Virus record (IMG/VR): IMGVR_UViG_3300045988_000907
Location: 1-6,138 of that record
Origin: a virus
DNA length: 6,138 nt
Direction: 5' to 3' (one strand)
Shown here: positions 1 to 5,109 of the stretch, one piece after another
Layout of the letters: every line of letters begins with the position of its first letter
Numbering within the stretch: position 1 is the stretch's first letter
Translations under genes and position numbers: made by a program
Notes under the pieces: generated by a model
Databases searched by the model: none
Seen by the model: the letters and a program-made list of their open reading frames with translations, nothing else
What the model was told of the DNA's origin: nothing

Positions 1-55
1 CCTCTCAATCCGCGCAACAGAATACCTACAACGCTGGAAAGAAGTAGTACAATTC
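1..55. repeat. Terminal direct repeat, copy 1, identical to 6084..6138. This is the overlap from a circular genome assembly.
   Basis: I compared the 55-nt string CCTCTCAATCCGCGCAACAGAATACCTACAACGCTGGAAAGAAGTAGTACAATTC base by base at both window ends and it is identical. The VP1 frame continues across the junction: 6084 is a third codon position and position 2 is a first codon position. Confidence 0.97.
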
Positions 56-763
56 GCTAGCAAGGACTATTCGGATCAGATGGCTGCCCAATTCGGAATT
101 AAAGCTCCTGAATACATGGGTAATCATTGCCATTATATCGGAGGTTGGTCTAGTGTAATCAATATTAATGAGGTTGTTAACACTAATCTTGATACTGATT
201 CTTCGCAGGCTTCTATTGCTGGTAAGGGTATCTCTAGCAATTCCGGACATACTCTTACTTATGATTGTGGCGCCGAGCATCAGGTAATTATGTGTGTTTA
301 CCACGCTGTTCCCTTGCTTGATTGGTCTCTTAAGGGACATAATCCACAGTTATTATGTACGTCTATATCTGACTTTCCTCAACCTGCTTTTGACCAGTTG
401 GGTATGCAGCCTGTCCCGGCTTTGGCTCTTAATAATAGCCCTTCATCTACCACTGGTAATATTGGATATAATCTGCGTTACTGGCAATGGAAATCCGCTG
501 TTGATACGGTTCATGGTGCGTTTCGTCCTAATGCTGCTTATCAGTCTTGGGTTGCTCCGCTTCAAGGTTCTCAGATTCAAGTTTTGGGCCAATCTTCATT
601 GTCCTATCAGTCATTCAAGATTCGTCCTCAACAGTTGAATTCTATATTCGAACCTCAAATTTCTACTAGCAATTATAGTGTGGCTTATGATCAGTTATTA
701 TGTAATGTTAATTTCCAAGTGTACGCTGTACAGAACTTGGATAGAAATGGTTTACCTTTTTAA
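2..763 (+). CDS. VP1: Major capsid protein VP1, C-terminal part, continuing from 5110..6083. The listed ORF 80..763 is its in-frame tail.
   Basis: It is in the same frame as 5110.. once the 6083-nt circle is closed. 974 + 763 = 1737 nt = 579 codons, giving 578 aa. Sequence ...RATEYLQRWKEVVQFASKDYSDQMAAQFG...FPQPAFDQLGMQPV...NLRYWQWKSAVDTVHGAF...LDRNGLPF, with TAA at 761..763. The length and motifs fit the large VP1 of gut Bacteroidales-type microviruses. Confidence 0.9.
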   Translation, partial: LSIRATEYLQRWKEVVQFASKDYSDQMAAQFGIKAPEYMGNHCHYIGGWSSVININEVVNTNLDTDSSQASIAGKGISSNSGHTLTYDCGAEHQVIMCVYHAVPLLDWSLKGHNPQLLCTSISDFPQPAFDQLGMQPVPALALNNSPSSTTGNIGYNLRYWQWKSAVDTVHGAFRPNAAYQSWVAPLQGSQIQVLGQSSLSYQSFKIRPQQLNSIFEPQISTSNYSVAYDQLLCNVNFQVYAVQNLDRNGLPF

Positions 764-774
764 TTGTTTGTGTT

Positions 775-1218
775 ATGAGAAATTTTGCTTATAAAAATCC
801 TAATTTTGAACAGGATTCTGTGACTCCCGAATTGGTTGAAGGGAATCCCTGTTACCAGTCTAGTGTATATGATTCGGTTATGTTGGAAGAAATGCCTGAT
901 GGCTCGTTTAAATATATGGATATGACGTCTATTCTTCTTAATCAGGAGAAGTATCGTCGTTTGCTTGGTGATATGAACGTGCAGAACATTCTTTCCCAGA
1001 TGCATCCTACTCAATCTACTGTTATGGATGGTATGACTGATGAGGAACGTTTTAATTGTGTTATCTCTCGGCATTGTCAGACTATGTCGGAACGACAGGC
1101 TGTTCTTCAGCAATTGGCTAATGAGCAATCAGAATTAACTAAGTACGCCGAAACTATGTTGGCAGAGCAACAGTCAGCGCCCGATCAATCGCCCGCCCCT
1201 GACACCACTGCTCAATGA
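775..1218 (+). CDS. Hypothetical 147-aa protein. A scaffolding (VP3-like) role is suggested only by its position and size.
   Basis: The ATG lies 12 nt after the VP1 stop, and its TGA overlaps the next gene's ATG (ATGA at 1215..1218). It is T-rich at third codon positions. The C-terminal half is Gln/Glu-rich and looks helical (QAVLQQLANEQSELTKYAETMLAEQQ), followed by a Pro/Ala/Gln tail. I recognise no diagnostic motif. Confidence 0.7.
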   Translation: MRNFAYKNPNFEQDSVTPELVEGNPCYQSSVYDSVMLEEMPDGSFKYMDMTSILLNQEKYRRLLGDMNVQNILSQMHPTQSTVMDGMTDEERFNCVISRHCQTMSERQAVLQQLANEQSELTKYAETMLAEQQSAPDQSPAPDTTAQ

Positions 1219-2327
1219 GATTCTATGAGATTGGAGAAAGCCCCTTAATGGGGCACTCCGAAAAATGTATTGCTCCACTTGTTCTTGGAGGTATTATTGC
1301 TGCCGGTGCTTCACTTGCTGGTAATGCTATCGGCGCGTCTTCTCAGTCTGCTACTAATGATGCTAATGTTGAGATTAACCGTCAAAATAACCAGTTTAAT
1401 GCTGATCAGGCTGCTATGCAGCGTCAATGGTCAACTGATATGTGGAATCGTAATAATCGGTATAATTCACCTAATGAGATGATTTCTCGTGGTCTTAATC
1501 CGTTTATATCGAATACTGGTGCTGGTGTTTCTAAGTCTCCCGCTTCCGGTGGTGCTGCTGCTTCTGCTGCTCCTCCTCCTAGTATCCAGGCGTTCCGTCC
1601 GGACTTTTCTGATGTCGGCTCTGCGTTGGCTTCTATGGCTCAAGCTCGTGCCTCCATGATTAATGCCGAACAGAATGCTGCTCTTACGCCGTATAAGATT
1701 GAACAGATTCGTGGTGCTACTGATTATCGTAATATTGGTGTAGGTGAGTCCGGTTACTGGACTGCTTCTGCTGGTAGGCGTTCTGCTCTATTAGATCAGT
1801 CTAAAGAGTACCAGGAACTTAAGAATATGGAATTCGCCGGTCGTCTTACGTCTGCTCAAGAATCTCAGATCTTACTCGACGCTCAAGCTCAACAGATATT
1901 GAATAAATATCTTGATGAACAGCAACAGGCTGATTTGTTCATTAAGGGACAGACTTTGGCTAACCTGTATGCTCAAGGTGCACTCTCTGAGGCTCAATAT
2001 AAGAATCAGATGGCACAGGCTGTTAAGGCTTCTGCTGAAACCAATGGTATTCGTCTTAGTAACAGGATTGCTGAACAGACGGCTGACTCTCTGATCTATG
2101 CTAATATTCAGGCTAATCGTGCCCGTGGTTTATCTTCTCTTTGGGATTCTAAGAATACCAATATCCTTAAGAATATTGAATATTCTAAGGACAAGGCTTT
2201 GCGCGACTATTATAAATGGTCTTCTAAGGAAAAACAGAAAGATGTTAAATCTTATGAGTTACGTAATGCTATTGATTACGGTACTCGTATATTCCAAGGA
2301 GTTGGTAATTCTATTGGCCGTAAATAA
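1215..2327 (+). CDS. VP2: VP2-type minor capsid / DNA pilot protein (370 aa).
   Basis: There is an N-terminal Gly/Ala-rich hydrophobic segment (IAPLVLGGIIAAGASLAGNAIGASS). It is followed by the block NRQNNQFNADQAAMQRQWSTDMWNRNNRYNSPNEMISRGLNPF, which resembles the conserved N-x-F-N...W...M-W-N...Y-N-S-P...GLNP signature of microvirus VP2/H pilot proteins. Then come a low-complexity linker (GGAAASAAPPPS) and a long Gln/Ala-rich region that looks like a coiled coil. An alternative start is the ATG at 1248. Confidence 0.85.
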   Translation: MRFYEIGESPLMGHSEKCIAPLVLGGIIAAGASLAGNAIGASSQSATNDANVEINRQNNQFNADQAAMQRQWSTDMWNRNNRYNSPNEMISRGLNPFISNTGAGVSKSPASGGAAASAAPPPSIQAFRPDFSDVGSALASMAQARASMINAEQNAALTPYKIEQIRGATDYRNIGVGESGYWTASAGRRSALLDQSKEYQELKNMEFAGRLTSAQESQILLDAQAQQILNKYLDEQQQADLFIKGQTLANLYAQGALSEAQYKNQMAQAVKASAETNGIRLSNRIAEQTADSLIYANIQANRARGLSSLWDSKNTNILKNIEYSKDKALRDYYKWSSKEKQKDVKSYELRNAIDYGTRIFQGVGNSIGRK

Positions 2328-2439
2328 ATATTACTATTCGTTGTCTTCTATTTTTACTTATCGCTTATTCTTGTTGTGAATATTTGATTTTGCGAAATAT
2401 TTTGACACTCGGTAGTAAAATAGTATTACATATACATTC

Positions 2440-2660
2440 TTCAGGACTAGAAGCCTATCACGGCGTTTGAGTGATATACACCTGCCGCCCGCATAGGGCC
2501 TGATCGAAAAACGGAGCGGAGCGACTTCCTTATAGGAGCGCCCCGCTCCGGTAATTTAGCACGTAGGTGCGCAAAGGCAAGACAGCTCCTGCCTTGCCGT
2601 GCCTATACCCCCCTGTATACATCCACTTGTTAATTATGCGGAGCCCCTAGTTGTGTCCGA
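2440..2660. other. GC-rich, hairpin-dense non-coding island. Candidate roles are ssDNA complementary-strand origin, att-like element or structured RNA. The family is unknown.
   Basis: By hand count, 2451..2660 is 116/210 = 55% GC, against 26% for 2341..2440 and 30% for 2701..2840. Stems read directly from the sequence: TATCAC 2456..2461 with GTGATA 2471..2476; GCCC 2487..2490 with GGGC 2496..2499; CGGAGCGG 2512..2519 with CCGCTCCG 2543..2550, with inner pairs; GCAC 2559..2562 with GTGC 2567..2570; GGCAAGACAG 2576..2585 with CTGCCTTGCC 2589..2598, with one A.C mismatch. There is no ORF showing the T-rich third-position bias of the genes. Confidence 0.5.
2512..2550. other. Long imperfect GC-rich hairpin of about 16 bp, the strongest local structure in the genome.
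   Basis: The outer 8 bp are CGGAGCGG/CCGCTCCG. Inside are GCG 2521..2523 with CGC 2539..2541, C2525 with G2538, and TCCT 2527..2530 with AGGA 2534..2537, closing on loop TAT. A5 (2507..2511) precedes it, so on the minus strand it reads as stem-loop plus U5. Confidence 0.7.
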
Positions 2661-2663
2661 AAG

Positions 2664-2700
2664 GAAAACCCGAGTTATCATCTCGGTTTCTCTGTTTCTT
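2664..2700 (+). terminator. Candidate intrinsic terminator closing the + strand transcription unit.
   Basis: CCGAG 2670..2674 pairs with CTCGG 2682..2686 (loop TTATCAT). The stem extends through A2666..A2668 pairing with T2687..T2689, with C2669 bulged. It is followed by the T-rich tract TTTCTCTGTTTCTTG. The stem is only moderately strong. Confidence 0.4.
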
Positions 2701-2757
2701 GTCTATAAACGCACAACTCACACCCTATGGTACAATCTAAAAAAAAATAGCTTTTTC

Positions 2758-2788
2758 TTTGGATTCATGGAAATAGTTCGTATATTTG
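2758..2788 (+). promoter_or_regulatory. Bacteroidetes-type promoter (-33 TTTG, -7 TAnnTTTG) upstream of the small-ORF/M15/VP4/VP1 gene string.
   Basis: TTTG sits at 2758..2761 and TATATTTG at 2781..2788, an exact TAnnTTTG match, with a 19-nt spacer. It lies about 50 nt upstream of the first ATG after the gap (2839). The motif definition comes from established knowledge of Bacteroides sigma-AB promoters. Confidence 0.5.
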
Positions 2789-2838
2789 CCCCGGTTAGAA
2801 GTTACAACTGTTATTAACATTTTAAAACTATTACAATT

Positions 2839-3033
2839 ATGCAAAAGTTCATTATTTCAGTTAAAGAAAAAACTACTGGTCGTGATGTTGTTTCGCCTTA
2901 TGTCGTTAATTCTCTCGATGGTCTTGGAAACTATTCTGAACGAGTTTCTTCGTTGGGTCTTATTGTTATTGTGGATTCAATTAAAGAAGAGAATAGCTTT
3001 GTTGAACTTAAAACTCAAGGTGATGAAAAGTAA
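2839..3033 (+). CDS. Hypothetical 64-aa protein.
   Basis: It is the first ATG after the promoter. Third codon positions are T-rich (ggt cgt gat gtt gtt tcg cct tat gtc gtt). Its last codons overlap the start of the next small ORF (ATGAAAAGTAA). I recognise no motif. Confidence 0.55.
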   Translation: MQKFIISVKEKTTGRDVVSPYVVNSLDGLGNYSERVSSLGLIVIVDSIKEENSFVELKTQGDEK

Positions 3034-3106
3034 TAATATTTGGAAACTTGTTATTGGCGCTGTTTCTGCTGCTCTTGGTTACATCCTTAATGCTATTGGA
3101 CTGTGA
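3023..3106 (+). CDS. 27-aa single-pass hydrophobic peptide (MKSNNIWKLVIGAVSAALGYILNAIGL). Candidate membrane, holin-like or anchor peptide.
   Basis: This is the C-terminal part of track ORF 2786..3106. I chose the internal ATG at 3023 because upstream of it that frame overlaps the better-supported 64-aa ORF. A polar N-terminus is followed by about 20 hydrophobic residues. Its TGA overlaps the next gene's GTG (GTGA at 3103..3106). Short ORFs are inherently uncertain. Confidence 0.45.
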   Translation: MKSNNIWKLVIGAVSAALGYILNAIGL

Positions 3107-3411
3107 ATAATACTCTTATGCATTTTCTTGAGCATCTGTTGTGTTTTAACTTGCACTTTACGATAACAAGTGCCAAACGTTCTATCGCTGAGAACAAGGC
3201 TGCCGGTGGCGTTCCTAATTCGCAACATCTGTTTGGAGAGGCTATTGATATGAAGCCTTATGGCTCTACTACTTATAGTCGTTTGCTTGAGCACATCCAT
3301 AGTTATTCGGATAATACCCATGTATTCGATCAGTTGATACTGTATCCTACATTTATTCATATTTCGTTTGGTGCTCGTAATCGTCGCCAAGTAATTGACA
3401 AACGTAAATAG
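3103..3411 (+). CDS. Minimal peptidase M15 (VanY / Peptidase_M15_3-like zinc peptidoglycan peptidase). Probable endolysin.
   Basis: ITSAKRSIAENKAAGGVPNSQHLFGEAIDM matches the family signature S-G/A-x-R-S-x-x-x-N-x-x-x-GG-x-x-x-S-x-H-x-x-G-x-A-x-D. The C-terminal FIHISF supplies the third zinc ligand. Candidate ligands are H42 (3226..3228), D49 (3247..3249) and H86 (3358..3360). The start is either GTG 3103 or ATG 3118. Confidence 0.8.
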   Translation: MNNTLMHFLEHLLCFNLHFTITSAKRSIAENKAAGGVPNSQHLFGEAIDMKPYGSTTYSRLLEHIHSYSDNTHVFDQLILYPTFIHISFGARNRRQVIDKRK

Positions 3412-3413
3412 TT

Positions 3414-5093
3414 ATGAAATTTTCTCCTGATTTGCTTAAGGCTGTTGATCATTGTCAGCATCGTTCGTTTATTACGAATAGATATAATGGTGCACGTATT
3501 GCTGTAGATTGCGGTCAATGCGATTATTGTATCCATAAGAAAGCTAAGAAAGCGTCTATGCGTGTGAAGACCGCTGGAAGTGCTTTCAAGTATTCTTATT
3601 TTGTGACGCTTACTTATGACAACGTTCATATTCCTCTTATGAATTGTAAGGTTCTCCACAGTGAATATGAGGATGTCGTAGGCATTTCAGGAGACCTTCA
3701 TTTTGGTAATGAATATCATCAGTATATCCCTGTTTCCGAGTATCATTGTAATGATAACTCCGCATTGTGTCATATACTCTTCGAACAGGTTCAAGGCACT
3801 GTGCCGTATGACCGTGAAATTAAGGAATATGCTCCTGTTAAGGATAATTGGTTTCTTAGTATGGATGCTATTCGTAGCTTTATCGCTAAAACGCAAGCCG
3901 TTGACAAAACGGATTATCCCGCTTCTGGACAATATGGTCGTGATAACCTTATTCCCTTTCTGAATTACGTCGATGTTCAGAATTATATTAAGCGCTTGCG
4001 TAAACATCTTTTTCAAACTTTAGGTTCTTATGAAACGTTACACTTTTACGCTGTGGGTGAGTACGGACCCGTACATTTCCGCCCGCATTATCATCTCCTA
4101 TTATTCACAAACTCGGACGAAGTCGCTGAGGTTCTACGATACTGTCACGATAAGAGTTGGAAACTCGGTCGTTCAGATTTCCAACGTTCCGCTGGCGGAG
4201 CTTCATCGTACGTTGCGAGTTACGTTAACAGCCTTAGTGCTGCTCCCCTTCTATATCGTTCATGCCGCGCGTTTAGACCCAGGTCGCGAGCGTCTGTCGG
4301 ATTCTTTGAGAAAGGCTGTGACTACGTGGAAAGTGAAGACCCTTATGCGCAAATTGAGCAAAAAATCGATTCTGTCGTTAATGGAAGAATCTATAACTTC
4401 AACGGCATCAGTGTTCGGTCAACTCCACCCATGTCGTATATCCGTACCTTACTGCCCCGATTCTCGTCTGCTTGCAATGACGATAGTACTGCGATTGCTC
4501 GAATTCTTCTCGCTGTTCACCGAACGCCAAAAAGAATTGCGAAATTCGGATTCGTTGATTACAGACAGGATTCAATATTAGATCTTGTTCGTACCTATTA
4601 TAAATATCTTAAGGTTAATTCTATTCTTACAGATGATGATAAGATTATATTACACACTTCTCGGTGCCTTACTAGGTTCTGCAACAGTTCTAGTGACGTC
4701 GATATTGAATCTTATATTAATAAGTTATATCGGTTGTTCCTATATGTCTCTAAGTTCTTCCGTAACTGGCATCTGCCTGACTTCGGTTCTGATATTAGTG
4801 CTTACTCCGGCCGTATTGATTATATCATTAAAACGGGTATAGAGTATGAGAAGAAAAAGGATTATGAAAGTCTACGAGATGTATTCAACTTACGCTCCGC
4901 TAATCCGGAGATATCGGATTGTATGTTTGCGTTGCCACAGAATGGGCAAGAACTTGATGTCTTTACAAATGTTTCACGTGAAACGGTTCTACTCCTTGAG
5001 CAACTTCGGTATCGTAGTTCGACTCTTTGTCGTGACATGATTAAACATAAGAAGCTTAATGATGCTAATAATATATTCAACCGTATGGTTTAA
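3414..5093 (+). CDS. VP4: Replication initiation protein VP4 (HUH rolling-circle endonuclease, phiX174 gpA-like), 559 aa.
   Basis: It has an N-terminal CGQCDYC zinc-finger-like motif (3510..3530). HUH motif I is FVTLTYD (3600..3620), motif II is RPHYHLLLF (H-Y-H at 4086..4094), and the two-tyrosine motif III is SSYVASYVNS (Y266 at 4209..4211, Y270 at 4221..4223). The ATG lies 2 nt after the M15 stop. Confidence 0.92.
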   Translation: MKFSPDLLKAVDHCQHRSFITNRYNGARIAVDCGQCDYCIHKKAKKASMRVKTAGSAFKYSYFVTLTYDNVHIPLMNCKVLHSEYEDVVGISGDLHFGNEYHQYIPVSEYHCNDNSALCHILFEQVQGTVPYDREIKEYAPVKDNWFLSMDAIRSFIAKTQAVDKTDYPASGQYGRDNLIPFLNYVDVQNYIKRLRKHLFQTLGSYETLHFYAVGEYGPVHFRPHYHLLLFTNSDEVAEVLRYCHDKSWKLGRSDFQRSAGGASSYVASYVNSLSAAPLLYRSCRAFRPRSRASVGFFEKGCDYVESEDPYAQIEQKIDSVVNGRIYNFNGISVRSTPPMSYIRTLLPRFSSACNDDSTAIARILLAVHRTPKRIAKFGFVDYRQDSILDLVRTYYKYLKVNSILTDDDKIILHTSRCLTRFCNSSSDVDIESYINKLYRLFLYVSKFFRNWHLPDFGSDISAYSGRIDYIIKTGIEYEKKKDYESLRDVFNLRSANPEISDCMFALPQNGQELDVFTNVSRETVLLLEQLRYRSSTLCRDMIKHKKLNDANNIFNRMV

Positions 5094-5109
5094 TTTTAAT
5101 TAATTAATT

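Noticed and set aside
2398-2430. Possible promoters just before the island: a near -7 motif TATTTTG (2398..2404), and TTGACA (2402..2407) with TATTAC 16 nt downstream.
   Set aside because: The -7 motif is one base short of TAnnTTTG and has no well-spaced -33 TTTG. The sigma70-type pair has a poor -10 and is not the promoter type expected for the inferred host. It is too weak to annotate, though it would matter if the island is a separate RNA.
2443-2460. The minus-strand string UAGGCUUCUAGUCCUG resembles the AAGGCUAGUCCG nexus of the SpCas9 tracrRNA.
   Set aside because: It is a short, gapped similarity. There is no anti-repeat, no cas gene and no CRISPR repeat anywhere in the genome.
2478-2560. 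Partial resemblance to self-cleaving ribozymes: twister-like CUGCC/GCCCGC/AAAAACGGAG strings, hammerhead-like CUGAUCGAAA, and an HDV-like P4 hairpin followed by GUAAU.
   Set aside because: The core nucleotides are wrong. The sequence has CUGAUCG where CUGAnGA is needed, the twister AAGC is absent, and I could find no P1 partner for the HDV-like fold. These are similarities from memory, not alignments.
2566-2593. GGTGCGCAAAG resembles the XerC arm of E. coli dif (GGTGCGCATAA), suggesting a dif-like attP.
   Set aside because: Only one arm matches, at 9/11. The central region and the XerD arm (TTATGTTAAAT) have no counterpart, and I do not know the Bacteroidales dif sequence well enough to compare. 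It stays open under the general att hypothesis but is unsupported as dif.
2488-2647. C-runs on the + strand (CCC, CCCC, CCCCCC, CCCC) would give G-tracts on the minus strand, raising the possibility of a G-quadruplex.
   Set aside because: The tracts are 30-60 nt apart, far beyond typical G4 loop lengths, and they are engaged in the predicted duplex stems.
2771-2797. A tRNA T-arm-like hairpin, AAATA-GTTCGTA-TATTT, followed by GCCCCGG.
   Set aside because: There is no complementary acceptor 5' strand (CCGGGGC) about 70 nt upstream, no D-arm or anticodon arm, and the loop deviates from TTCRANY. The segment is better explained as part of the promoter.
2599-2817. A 72-aa GTG-initiated ORF spanning the GC island, terminator and promoter.
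   Set aside because: It has no T-rich third-position bias and crosses obvious hairpins, the terminator-like structure and the promoter motif. The sequence (MPIPPCIHPLVNYAEP...) has no protein-like features.
2419-2817. Frame 1 across the gap is interrupted only by three TAG codons (2494, 2533, 2557), hinting at TAG-recoded translation as in some gut phages.
   Set aside because: The M15 gene ends with TAG (3409..3411), directly followed by the VP4 start, so TAG functions as a stop in this genome. Three stops of one type in 133 codons is not statistically unusual.
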